IMG/VR virus record: IMGVR_UViG_3300042355_000725
Span: 1-44,588 of that record
Origin: a virus
Lineage: Duplodnaviria; Caudoviricetes
DNA: 44,588 bases
Strand: one strand, 5' to 3'
The notes beneath the pieces were generated by a model. It saw only the letters and a program-made list of their open reading frames with translations. It was not told where the DNA came from and did not search any database. The position numbers and the translations under genes are program-made. Positions 14,514-26,100 of the stretch are shown piece by piece. Within the stretch, counting starts at the first letter, position 1. Each line of letters starts with the position of its first letter.

Positions 14514-16738
14514 GGCGGTGGCGGTGGCAAGACGTTCACCGTGACGGCCACGGGATCGCTGTATTCGTAACCGTCGAAAACTCGAATTGAGAAATAAAAA
14601 CTGCCTGGAGATGTGACCGCTGAATGTTCGACGTGCAAACCGAACGCACCCCCGAATGTATTAGTGAATCTCACTAGTAAATTTGCAGGGTAGAATCCAT
14701 TGGACGCGCTGACCCTCGAAGACACAAACCACCCTCGGCCCGACGAATGCGTTGCCGTCAATGGAACAAACGCCGAGGTGGAAGGACTGGTAATAGTAGC
14801 GACGATCGGATTGGGAGTTACGACTGGTTTTGTGGAAGGGTTGTACCCCTCGACCGCTACAGGGAACTTACCAACTGGCGGCAGTCGATTTCCGTCGTCG
14901 AACATCATCCAGTAAATGTAATGCGAAGCAAGGCCGGTCGCTATCAGAGCGGGCACCGTTCCCCATGGCAGTTCTCGAAAACCCCCGTCAGCTTGACCGT
15001 ATGGCCCGTACACTCGCGAAAGTCGAAGACGTGGTTGAACCGTTGCGTATTGATTGAGGATACCTTGCCGCGTTTGATAGCCAATCCACGGCCACAGAGG
15101 GCTCGTAGTGCTCGGGCTTATAGACAACCCGGCACAACTCGTTTGCGTGACCACTCGCTTGCGGTGTCGATCGTACACTTCCGTCTGATTGATGTCTGGC
15201 ACGTCTGCCATGGGGTGAGTCGTAAAATTCGCTACGGTCAACCCCTGAGATTCGAACGCGGTTGTAGGAGCGGTGCGTAATGTGGGATTCAGACGAATGC
15301 TTTCGCCAAAGTGTGTCGCTGTCAATGTTTCGCGCTCTCGCAACTGCACTGGCACTGATTTTTCGTAAGTGATTTCGTAATCGTCGGACGCCGAGGTCGT
15401 GAAGTTTCGAGCATTCCAACCTAACGGGCAAAAAATAGCTCCAGCCTGGGAGAAAACTCGCTCTGAATATCCTGTGAGTCTTTGCTTTGCGGCACCCCAC
15501 GTCGGCGAAACTGGTATCCAGCGAAATTGATGCCACCTGTATTGCGACTGCGTGGGAAGCGAATACCAAGTTCCCGGCCAGTTGGCCGTTATGTTGGCGA
15601 TCGCATCTAGGTCGCCACTGTCGATGGCACTTTCAAACACTGATAGATCGACCACGGGGTGCCCTGGATATTCGCCATACATCCAAGATACGAACGGCAG
15701 CGATAGGTCTGTGTCTCCACCAAAGCTGTCCGTGCTGCTTGTGCGATGTTGAACTGCGAATGCACCATTTGGAATTGCCATTGCGGCTCCTGCGCCGTTG
15801 TCAAGCCATTGCCTGCGCTGTGTTTGCACCACAAACGTAGAGAACAGACACGGTTTTCGCCGAGCCATCATCCGCTGTTCTTTCACCCCGCCAAGGCTGT
15901 CCACCCAAGCCCATCGATTTGATACATAGCTGGTACCGGCATCATGCTCGATAAAAAACTGATAGCACCGAGTTTCAGTCTCGTTCACCCACGGTCCAAA
16001 GTGATCGAAGACGCGATGTATCCAATACCGGCCAGTCCTGCGTAAAACATCGCTGGTAGGCGTCTGGCTAGATGCTGACTCCAATGTGTGAACATGGAGA
16101 AGCGAGGAAAACGACTTGTCTCTGTGGATATTAGGCGACCAAAATTTAGTGCTGTCAAACGTAGACGTGTCCGTAAAGCTGTGCCCAATCGTGGCCACGC
16201 CTAAAAGATCGTCGCGAACTACAGGAGCCGATGCCTTTTCGCTTGCGTTTATGTAAATCGCTTGCGAACCGCCCTCATAATCAAATTCGATTACCGAATT
16301 TGGTCTTGCGTCGTAGGAGTCTGCTGGCGAAGCGAACCAATACGAATTTGGGTACGTCCCTTGGAGCGTGCTCCCTCTCCACGGAACGTCTTTTGTATTA
16401 GGCGAAAACGACGTATACGTCCGGGTCGCTGTCCCTGCTCGGGCGCAGGCGGTCTGCACTCCATCTGGTCGCGTCCAGGGTTCTTGCGGCTCGAAGGTGG
16501 GCGTCACTTGCGAGCTTGAGGCCGAGGGATACTGCAAAGTTTTTGAAGTGAAAGTTGAGTATCCTTGAGTCTGAATGAGGCGATTGTGTGGTCGCGGTAG
16601 GTTGAGAGTACCGAACCGAATACCCCGAGCCGATATAGGGACTCGAAGGTGCTGGCGATTGGTTTTTGCTTCTTCGTCGTACTCCAACGGCGAAACGTCG
16701 TATATGTCTTTCGACAGATTGAGACCAATTCGCGTCAT
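14510..16738 (-). CDS. Putative tail-tip/receptor-binding virion protein
   Basis: 742 aa, rich in S/T and aromatic residues; C-terminus FSIRVFDGYEYSDPVAVTVNV resembles a cadherin/Ig-like strand pattern; last gene of the late operon. Confidence 0.55.
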   Translation of the reverse strand: MTRIGLNLSKDIYDVSPLEYDEEAKTNRQHLRVPISARGIRFGTLNLPRPHNRLIQTQGYSTFTSKTLQYPSASSSQVTPTFEPQEPWTRPDGVQTACARAGTATRTYTSFSPNTKDVPWRGSTLQGTYPNSYWFASPADSYDARPNSVIEFDYEGGSQAIYINASEKASAPVVRDDLLGVATIGHSFTDTSTFDSTKFWSPNIHRDKSFSSLLHVHTLESASSQTPTSDVLRRTGRYWIHRVFDHFGPWVNETETRCYQFFIEHDAGTSYVSNRWAWVDSLGGVKEQRMMARRKPCLFSTFVVQTQRRQWLDNGAGAAMAIPNGAFAVQHRTSSTDSFGGDTDLSLPFVSWMYGEYPGHPVVDLSVFESAIDSGDLDAIANITANWPGTWYSLPTQSQYRWHQFRWIPVSPTWGAAKQRLTGYSERVFSQAGAIFCPLGWNARNFTTSASDDYEITYEKSVPVQLRERETLTATHFGESIRLNPTLRTAPTTAFESQGLTVANFTTHPMADVPDINQTEVYDRHRKRVVTQTSCAGLSISPSTTSPLWPWIGYQTRQGILNQYATVQPRLRLSRVYGPYGQADGGFRELPWGTVPALIATGLASHYIYWMMFDDGNRLPPVGKFPVAVEGYNPSTKPVVTPNPIVATITSPSTSAFVPLTATHSSGRGWFVSSRVSASNGFYPANLLVRFTNTFGGAFGLHVEHSAVTSPGSFYFSIRVFDGYEYSDPVAVTVNVLPPPPP

Positions 16739-18276
16739 ATCAACTCCACGTCTGCACTGAGTGTTGTTTGCAGGATTACCGCGCGATCGCCGTCATGTAA
16801 CGCCAATACGAAGTCGCCAACGTCCAGCCATGGGAACAAACCTAGTTTGTCTTCGACCAGTACCGGCCTCGCGTTTATCGCTTGGCTGTATACGCCAGAA
16901 GCATTGACATAGTTAGCCGCTTTCCAGCGTCCGCTATGAGGAGCCGAATAGGCTCCGATATAGAGTCCAGCCGTGCTTGTCTTGTCGGTGATCTGCACCA
17001 GCATCGCTCCCCATTGCGGGCTGGAGGCAGAAGGGATCCGAGGCCACATGGGCAAGGATTCGTCGCGAAGATCAACAAAGGTTCGCCCTTGCTTGTAAGT
17101 TACGGCTGCTGCCTCGGAGCCCAAGGGTATCGAAAAGTAGCCAGCCATCTCAATACGCTCGGTCCTGCGTGATGCGCGAAAGTAGCCCTTGATGGTTCGC
17201 TCGACGGCCCGAACGCATCGCTCGTAGGTGGCTGCTTGCGTGTCCAGCATGGATTGAGCGGCTGCGAGTCCCAGTCCTGCGAGTGTGCGTATCACGATCG
17301 GAGGCATCACCAACGAGGAAAAGTGCATCATTCCGCCAGAGCCCGATTGCGTCGGCTGGTAAAACGTCGGCTGCGTCAGCCCAAGATTGCCGATGCTGTT
17401 TTGAGGAAACTGAACGAACGGAGAAATGTAATCGGGACGCATTCGGAATCCATATCGATCCAAATACGGAACCGTCCACGTCCATTCCAAGTCTTCATAC
17501 CTTTTGATGATGTACCGCTTTGCCGGAGTGCCGACATTGAGGGCTGCTTGCAAGTTGACTTGCGGTTCGCCTGCTAATTCCATTCTCCATCGGCCAGGGT
17601 ACGAGTCCAAGTCGGCCCATATCACCGTCCCTGTCATTGCCGCAAGGGTGCGGAGGCGGTTCGGAATGTGCGAGTTGCGAGTGTACTGATGGAAACCTAT
17701 TGATGCTGCCTGTCGCACCGAGGCGGGAACGTCGGCATGTAGCCGAAATTCGCCGACTTGAAATGGATCACCACCCGACGCCAAGGTCGGGTCGATCGTC
17801 TCGGCGACGTGATACTCCGCCAGCAAGTTTTCGTCTTGCTCCTGGTTTGTGATGCCTTGGTTTTCGTAGATCGATTCGGCGTCTGTAACGGACGACCATG
17901 TGGATGGCGGGTTGTTTATGTCGGCAAAGTTGAGCGTGCCGACAATAAACTCGATTTTTACGATTTGCAAATCCTGGATACCAAGAAACTCAACTCTGCG
18001 TGGCACCAAAGGGTAGAGACGAATTTCGGTGTCCGGCCCGCCATCGTTCGCGCGCGATGTGTCCCGAACAATGCACTCTAACGAGCCGCTAAAGTCACGC
18101 TTTAGCAGTTTCTTCGCATCATCCTTCTTCATGCAGACATGCACTTCGTGAAACGCATGTCGCTTGAGCAGGACTTGGTTGTGGGCTGATTTACCAACCG
18201 CCGAAAAGACAGGGTATTCTTTTTTGGCTCCCGTAGATTCGCGAATGATGATGCGTTGCTGTGCTGGGTCAGGCAT
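16735..18276 (-). CDS. Putative tail/baseplate protein
   Basis: 513 aa, coupled to both neighbours; function inferred from position only. Confidence 0.5.
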   Translation of the reverse strand: MPDPAQQRIIIRESTGAKKEYPVFSAVGKSAHNQVLLKRHAFHEVHVCMKKDDAKKLLKRDFSGSLECIVRDTSRANDGGPDTEIRLYPLVPRRVEFLGIQDLQIVKIEFIVGTLNFADINNPPSTWSSVTDAESIYENQGITNQEQDENLLAEYHVAETIDPTLASGGDPFQVGEFRLHADVPASVRQAASIGFHQYTRNSHIPNRLRTLAAMTGTVIWADLDSYPGRWRMELAGEPQVNLQAALNVGTPAKRYIIKRYEDLEWTWTVPYLDRYGFRMRPDYISPFVQFPQNSIGNLGLTQPTFYQPTQSGSGGMMHFSSLVMPPIVIRTLAGLGLAAAQSMLDTQAATYERCVRAVERTIKGYFRASRRTERIEMAGYFSIPLGSEAAAVTYKQGRTFVDLRDESLPMWPRIPSASSPQWGAMLVQITDKTSTAGLYIGAYSAPHSGRWKAANYVNASGVYSQAINARPVLVEDKLGLFPWLDVGDFVLALHDGDRAVILQTTLSADVELI

Positions 18277-19909
18277 GCACCACCCCGCGTTGGCCGAAGG
18301 TTGGGTTGGGGGTCACTTGCTTTAAGACCTCGTTGATTCGCCACTCAGGCTGAAACGGTGGCTTGCCTGTTCGGAGCCACTCCTTGGCTTCGCGAACTCC
18401 CGCGCGGGCTGCTGCCTCCACGGTCATGGGATTGACTCCGCAACGACAGTTGTAGTCCCATGGGGGGGTGAAGTAGTCCCATACGGGATCGTCTCGGCGG
18501 TAGACGTTGGTGCCATCGAGCCCGAGGGACTCCATCTCTAGGTGATCGTGGCGCACTCGCGTGTCTCGGATCGCGTCGTAGGCTTGGTAGGGAAACGCGG
18601 CTGCGACGATCGGGTTTGATGCCAAGGTCTCCCTCCCATCGCGGAATGCTGCCTGGAGGTTGGTTCGGTAGACGTTCTCCAAGTGGGCCCGTCCGATGGG
18701 GGAGCCATCGAGAGCCTCACTGACGGCCTTCTCGAATCCCTTGCGGCTCGTCCCCTCGTCCACGTCGTAGACCAGGACGTTTCGGATGCGGTCGATGGTG
18801 TCGGTCGAAATCGGAGCCGTGATGAAGAACGCTCGCTCCTGCGCGTATTTGTCCACCGCCTCCCATTGCTGGCGGGTCATAATGTTTCGCTCGGCAAGTC
18901 GCTTGGCTGCTATCTCAATGAGCGGGAACCGCAATGCGTCGTCTGACTCGTCGAAGAACGTGAAACGCGGGAATGGTGGTTTCGGTGGCTTTTGGGGCGG
19001 TGTTTGCCGGATGGTGGTTTCGAACTCCTTCGCCAGCCATGGCGGGAAGTTGCGGTAGAGGTAATCCATCCCCGCCGTCCACGAGTATAGGAACGAGTCG
19101 CGGATATGGCGGTATACAAAGGTGCGGAATCGCCCGAGTGGTGTTGGTAGCCACGCCAGGATTTGCGGGATCGGAAGGGATCGCTTCTTCCAGAGCGAGT
19201 CCATGATCCGCGTTCGGACGGTCTGTGCGGCTCCCTCGGAGGCGATCAGGCTGCGTCCGATGATGCGGTCGAGGATGCTGCCCTTGGTTTGGCGGGGTGC
19301 GGTGGACAGTAAGATGTTGCTAGTAGACGGATCGAACGTGCCTCGGTTGCCGGTGGCGGATTTGATCTGGTTCGGCTCGAACGCCGCGTACACGGTTGCC
19401 CTTGCAGTGTTACCGTCTTTTGCGTTTACGAAAATTACCCCGTCGTGCCCTTCGTCTTTTGCGTCCCACAATTCCGCGTGATCGGGAGCGTCATCGCTGT
19501 AAGACATATCGATTACTTTTGGGTTCTTCATGCTGACATACAATGGAAAAACCCGGCCTTTCCCGCTGGCTTGTCGTTCAGCATGCAGGTTTGCCATATC
19601 TGGACTGCTTGTTGTCCATATTGCCCCTGGAGCTTTTTTTGAAGTTGCGCCAGATGGCTTAAATTCGTCGAAATCGAGTTGGCTTCCAGTCCCGTGATAT
19701 ACCACCAGCGGCTTCCCGTTCTCATCAACCACCCTCGAATCACCAAACCACGCCTTGAACTGCGGAGTCTCGGTGACGTGAGGCTTGGCGGGTTTCGAGG
19801 CTGTGCGACGAGCCGCGACCGATTGCGCGGACTCGACCAACTCCCAACGATGATTCTCATTGAGGCGGTAGGTCTTGCCGTTTTGGGTCTTTGTCTGGCC
19901 GGGTTGCAT
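18269..19909 (-). CDS. MuF/SPP1 gp7 head morphogenesis protein with N-terminal ART-PolyVal ADP-ribosyltransferase domain
   Basis: N-terminal FKAWFGDSRVVDENGKPLVVYHGT...AFEPNQIKSATGNRGTFD; C-terminal LENVYRTN...DTRVRHDH...PPWDYNCRC; SD AGAGGA before ATG 19909. Confidence 0.88.
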   Translation of the reverse strand: MQPGQTKTQNGKTYRLNENHRWELVESAQSVAARRTASKPAKPHVTETPQFKAWFGDSRVVDENGKPLVVYHGTGSQLDFDEFKPSGATSKKAPGAIWTTSSPDMANLHAERQASGKGRVFPLYVSMKNPKVIDMSYSDDAPDHAELWDAKDEGHDGVIFVNAKDGNTARATVYAAFEPNQIKSATGNRGTFDPSTSNILLSTAPRQTKGSILDRIIGRSLIASEGAAQTVRTRIMDSLWKKRSLPIPQILAWLPTPLGRFRTFVYRHIRDSFLYSWTAGMDYLYRNFPPWLAKEFETTIRQTPPQKPPKPPFPRFTFFDESDDALRFPLIEIAAKRLAERNIMTRQQWEAVDKYAQERAFFITAPISTDTIDRIRNVLVYDVDEGTSRKGFEKAVSEALDGSPIGRAHLENVYRTNLQAAFRDGRETLASNPIVAAAFPYQAYDAIRDTRVRHDHLEMESLGLDGTNVYRRDDPVWDYFTPPWDYNCRCGVNPMTVEAAARAGVREAKEWLRTGKPPFQPEWRINEVLKQVTPNPTFGQRGVVHA

Positions 19910-20150
19910 TGGTATTCCTCTTTGCTGCATGCGCCGCGTCTCGTATCGCTTGCTTGGCCTCTAATTCCTTGAGGACGGCTTGTTCTCTGGGATTCAGGAC
20001 TTCACCAAATCGAATTGCCTCATGCAATTCATCGAGGTTGATCGAATCGATTAGGTGTTGCTGATCGTCGGAAAGTCCTTCCTGTGTCGTCAACGGGAAT
20101 TGCAATGGGTCTATGGTTGAGTTTGCTGGGTTGGGTATGGGGGTATCCAT
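19857..20150 (-). CDS. Small acidic protein, candidate antitoxin/immunity protein
   Basis: SD GAGG; starts inside the last codons of the zeta-like domain and overlaps the MuF start. Confidence 0.55.
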   Translation of the reverse strand: MDTPIPNPANSTIDPLQFPLTTQEGLSDDQQHLIDSINLDELHEAIRFGEVLNPREQAVLKELEAKQAIRDAAHAAKRNTNATRPDKDPKRQDLPPQ

Positions 20151-23100
20151 TTCTTTGCCTCTTCAATGTACTCAGGGCTAGTCAACCCCTTGGCGATTGC
20201 CTCGGGTATGTCGCCAGCAAGATACCTGTGAGCTACGTTCCTATGCAACCTGTCTTCCAGTCCGTTTGCCGCGTTTTGATCCTCTTCAGCAACTCGCTGC
20301 TCCAGATATTTAATGGCCTCATTTCGGTCGGTGATTAGGCGCTTTTCCCCGCGATTATCGCTGCGATTGTCCACAACGTGAACCTCGACATCATGTCGCC
20401 TCTTCAAAAGTTCTAATGTTGCCTTTCTGGCCTTGATGTTGGCTTCAAAAGCAATGTTGGCGGGTACGGTACGCGGTAATTCTCCCCGCTTGTGCAAACC
20501 CATGGCTCGCTTGGCGATGCCGGTAAGTGCGGATTCGGGTCCGCGATCGATGAACACATGCAGAGGTTTGTATCCATTCGCGATCGCATCATCTAGTTTT
20601 TGTTCCAGTTTTGGATAGCTATCGGATGCTTGATCCAGAACGATCGGGTATTCCTGTTGATTGTAGTAAAGCCCGGTTGCTGTTCCCTTCCCTGAGCCAC
20701 CGCCACCAGCAAGAATCAGCATTCGATTATTGCCCTTGCCTTTCATGCCGGACAACGCCTCCGAATACAACCGTTTGTTCAAATAGCTACTCGCTTCGTG
20801 AACATCGGCAGCGTTCGTACCGACGTACTGCGGGAAGTTGGTGCGCCATTCGTCGGTGTTTAGCACTACTCCTTGTAGATTTCCTTGGGCATCATACATG
20901 CCGTTGGATTGCAAATACTTGGCCTTGTGTTGTTCGTAGTTTTCCGCCGCGTCTCGTTGCGTAATCTGGTCAATCGTCTCTAGTTGCGACTCCATCGAAG
21001 GCGTCTGCGATTGAGGCTGGCTCGGCGAAGACTGGGGATGCGGTGATACCGTCGAAGACGTAGGTTTCGGCGGTTGCGGTTGCGAAGGCTTTGGGGTTGC
21101 CGAGGAAGTCTGTGCATCGCCGGGTTGTCGTGCCGAAGCGTGCGCAGATTGCGTAGCATGACCTACAGGTAGCTTTTGCCCTGTCCCTGGGTCAAACGTC
21201 GGCATCGGTCGTCCAGGCTGCGCCATCGGATGCTGTTGCGTTTGCGCCGGTGCTTGTTGAACATGCTGGGGATGGGGTGACGGCTGTGGACGATCGGATC
21301 GTTGCCATCGGTGATGCTGGTTGAGCGTGTATTGCCGACCATTGAACGTGCGAACGGTTCCAGGTGCAAGATTCATCAATGCAGGATCCTCTTGTTCGAG
21401 TTCTGCAAGTCGCCTGCGCAATCGTTCCGCCTCTTCGAGCTTTGCAGTCGATTGAACGATCTTTGGCGCATTGTCCTCGGATTCGGGCTGGTTTCCGGTC
21501 AGTGCCGCTTCGACTTCTCGGAGTCGCTGTTGCTTTTTCTCCAACTCTTCTTGCTTGGCGAACTTTTGCCCGATCTTGGCTTGCAAGGATGCTTTGTTGG
21601 CTTCCTGGGCAGAAATAGCCTGAATCTGATCGTCGGCTCGCTTCTGCATGTTGGCCGAGTATTCGATCGACTTCAAAGACGGTTGCGAACTAGAATGGAT
21701 TTTGTCGCCGCTCGGAAGATCGAGAAAGAGACGCCGCGTCTCATGGTCTATCGGTGACAATTTCCATTTTTCCGTCCATGGCTCCTTACCATAGGAACGC
21801 GATCGCCAGCTAGGAAAGTATTCTGCTGGCTTGTAGTGCAACGGAACGCCTCGATATTCTCCGATGTGGATTGGCTCGATGTTTCCGCGATCCCATTCGT
21901 CCGAGTTCGCTGCTTCGTGATCGATTTCCGTCATTCGCGACGCAAGGGCTTCCTCGGCGGCTTTTCGTTCGTTGTAGGTGGTTTCACCTATCTTCATCTC
22001 GAAGTCTGGACGGCTGGCAAAATGAGCCAAGTCGGCTTTATGCCGTTCCAGTTGCGATTGCATTTCTGGTAGCGACTTGTCCGCTTGAGAAAGCAATTCT
22101 CGTGTCTTGGTTTGCTCGCGTATGTGACGTTGCTGGCCCTGTCGCAGACGCTTGATTGCGTCCTCTAGCTCCACTTTTTCCATCGTCAGAGGATTACCCG
22201 ATGCGATCGCCATCAACTGGTCGGGGGTAACGGTTTCCGTGTCTGCGTCCGCGACTTCTCTTGCATCGCTCTTGCCAGCCATGACTTGGTTGATGAATTT
22301 GGCCTTGGTAGATACGGTTTGCCAGAAGAAAGAATCCAACGAACCTTCTTGAATGTACGGGATGTTCAACAATGGCTTGCCCAGCTTGGCCAGTTCGTTG
22401 CCGTGCCGGAAACCGCGTCCGACACGTTGCTCTAGCGCTGATGGGGTCCAGGGAACGTCCAAATGGTGCATGGCCATGACCTTGTTCTGGACATTGCATC
22501 CCGTGCCCAGTTTCTTCGTCGATCCAATCGCGACAAGGATTTCTCCGCGTCGCATCTTGTCCATGGCGTCTTCTTTGGCTTGACCCTTGAGCGCCGAAAA
22601 ATCGGCAATCTTCTCTCGGGGAATCCCACCCGCTACCAGCTTGTCGATGATGTCGTCGTACAATCGGAAGGATCCTGTGCTTCCGAGGTTTGCGTCGGCA
22701 AACTCTTCATTGAACGTGATGTCTTCATCTTCTTCCTGGCGTTCTTCGCTTTCTGCATCGTCACTGACGACCGCCTCGGCTGCTCGCGATGTGGTGGTAG
22801 ACGGATTGACACCCACATCCGAAAAGATCAGTTGCGTGAACCCTGGGTTTTCCCTTGAGAGCCGTAGGACGTTGCGAACGCATTGATTTGTTTTGCTGTT
22901 AGGTAGATCCGGCGCGTTGTCGTCTAGCAGACGCAAATCGACGGCTCCCTTGCGGCCATCGGTACAAATGACCAGCATGTTGTCTTCGCCCTTTTCGGCC
23001 TGACCACGTTTTCCGCTGAGTGCCTTGGCTCGCTCTTGCAGATTGCCCATGAGGGCTTCGATTGCAGGATGCTTTGGAGAGACGGTTTCTTGATCGACCT

Positions 23101-26100
23101 TCTTTGGCCTTAGAATTACCGGGGATCCAGCCGGACGCGACGGATCGTTTATTTCCGCCGCTTGCGCAGGTGTTAGCTTGAGATCGTCCGCCCGTTGCAC
23201 GTCGATCACTTGTCGAGCCATCGCCATCAGCTCGGGAACATTGACAAACTTCGAGAATCGATCCGTAGGCTTGTATTCGCCAGCCACGTTAAAGTTATGC
23301 CGCGTTTCGATCGATCCGAAGACGCTTGCCCAATCATCGAAATTGGAGATTCCACGTTCTGCAAGTGCGTTCGGCTGCAAATACCGCTGCATCGTGTACA
23401 GTTCGGCCATGGTGTTATCCAAAGGCGTTCCTGTGGCAAACACAACACCACGGCCACCGTTGTGTTCTTGCAAGTATCTGCAACGCATCAGCATCGTGGT
23501 TGCTCGCTGGCTTCGGCCTTGCGGGATACCCTTGACTCGGTTTTGCTTGCTGTAGGTCGGTAGAGTCTTGTAGTAGTGGGCTTCGTCCACAAACAGTTGA
23601 TCGATTCCTGTGTCCTCGAACGCTACCGCATCATCCTTGCCCGCAGCCGTCAAGATGCGTTCCAGTTTTACTTTGAGGTTTTTGATTGCGGTTTCGATTT
23701 GCTTGGCGCGATTGCGGCCATCTTTTCCGCCCTCACCCTCTGCGGCATTTTTTGCCGATTCCATTTCCGCGATTTCATCTCGCATGTACTGCGCTTCCAC
23801 CTCGGGGCGCATTTTGAGCATGTTCAAATTGTCATGCGTCATAATGACCAGATCGTAGTCGCCCGTCGCCATGCGTGAGACAAGCTCCTTGCGCTTCTTG
23901 GCTGTCATGTTCCCCTGGGTACTGAGGATTCGAGCGCCAGGATAGAGCAGTTGAGCATCTCGGGTAATTTGCTCGATATTGGCCTTGAGACACGCGATGC
24001 ACGGCTTTTTAGCCAAGCCTAGACGCCTCAATTCCATGGCGCTTGCGATCATGGCATAGGTTTTGCCCATTCCCACTTCGTGGGCAGCTAAAGCCGTACC
24101 GTTGGTAACGACTTGCCAGACGAAATTGGGAATGTGCGGATGCAACTTGATCGCCGGGTTCATTCCTGGGAATGTTTGGTGCGATCCGTCGATTTGCAAA
24201 TCGCGAATGTTGTTGAAGTTGTCGTTGAAGTATCGCGCAAGACGAATCGCGCGATCGTCGTCTGACCAAACCCAATCCCCGAACTTGTCCTTCAACTCTT
24301 GGACTTTGGCCGCAACATCGTTGGTCGCCTTGCGATTGACGACTTCATTTCCGTCAGCATCGACGGCCCGTATTTGATGCGTTCCGGTTTCGTCTGTGTA
24401 TTCGTCGATCCCTCCCTTTACTTCGATTTTTCGGCCTGTCAGTGCCGCTTCAAGTAACTTGATGAACCCGACTCCATGCGTGTCCCATTGTTGCGTTTGA
24501 TATATTCGGCCACTACTGTACCGCCTTTGCCCCTCGGAAGACCATTTGGCTTTCCAGCCTCCGAGCCCTCCTGCAAGAGTAGAGTGCGAAATCTGGAAGT
24601 AGCGAGATTCCGTATTGAGAGTGTCGGCTGCAAATTGAGCAACATCCGAAGGTGGAAGCCATGCAGCGCCGAGGTTGACAGAGATTTCGCTGATGTCCTT
24701 ATCCTCGGGTTGTACCTTGGAAAGAGCATCGACGTTTACCTGGAACTTTGGATCGGCTTCGGCTGCGGCCTTGGCTGCAATCAACTTTTGTCGAACATTA
24801 CCCGACAAGTAGACCGCTGCCTGTTGCCATCCCGCGCTGGGATCCTCGAAAGCAATGCCTGATTGCGACAGTTCTCGCCCCGCTTGCTCAATCGTCTTCC
24901 CTGTGATCTTTGCAATGTGCTCGATGTTAACTCCACCGAACTCATGGAACGATACTCCGATGGCATCCGACACGTTGTCTACTTTGTCCAAGCTCGGAGT
25001 GTGCCGTACTGTATCCTTGAAAAAGATGTCTGCCTTCTTTGCTTGTTTGGTTCCAGCGTTGTAGTTCTCAAGAGATCGCAAAAAGAACTGGTCGTCTCCC
25101 GAATCTTGCATCGCGCGAGTATTAGCACGATCGTTAATAGGTCCAAATTGGGCGACGAACTTGTCGTATGCTTGGTTCAACGCTTCGCGATCCTTTGAGG
25201 CATCTTCTCCCTTGAGCTGCGTATTGATTGCGGCTCGACCGGCTGCAAGAATCGCGAGTTGCCCTTCGATGCGGGCTAGCTGCGTCTTGTTGGCCTCTCG
25301 CTGTACCAGTCCGCCTCCCACTCGCTGAAATAGCTTGCCATCGATAATCCGATAGCCACCTTCGCGAACATCATCAGGCGCTGGCATCGACTCAGGAATG
25401 AATGCCTGCTTCGAGTTTTGGACTGGGTGATACACACCTTCGGGTAGGTTGTCGATAAACTTTGCCAGCTTAGTGCGTAGCTGGTCGCGACCGACCCGAC
25501 GCCGATCCTCTGCGGACACTGGGGTTCCGTCTTCGAATACTAACCGGCGTTTTTTCGATACTGGATCGACATCGACTCTGACGGGTCGCCCTAAAGCCTC
25601 AGACAACTCTTCCGGCGATGCCGCAGACACTCCCTTTTCTTCCGCCGATCGCATGGTCGCGCTGCGATCCAATCGACCAAGAATGTTTTCTGGGTGTTCG
25701 GCAAAATACTTGTTGATCGTGATTGGTTCACCGCCGTCAGGATCGGGGACTTGTGTCGTTTGGGTCCAATCCGGCCCTGGGACACGTTTGCCATCTTTCC
25801 AGTGATAGAGTCGGCCAAGCGAATCAACCGTGATTCCGGTGAAACCTGGTTGTTTTGGATCGGCTTCGCTAGGCGTGTTTTCAAGTGTGACAGGTTGTTC
25901 CCCAGGTATTCTCTTGCGCAGGATCACCATGTCGGTGACTACCGAAGTACCCGCGTTCTCTTGGTGCATTCCAGTCGGAAACCGAACGGCTGCAACAAAC
26001 TCGCACTTGTCAGCAAGCAATTTACGAATCTTGTCGTCCGGTTTGTCCATTGTGCCGGTGCTGGTGATGTGCATGATGAGCCCGCCCGGCTGTGCAACAT

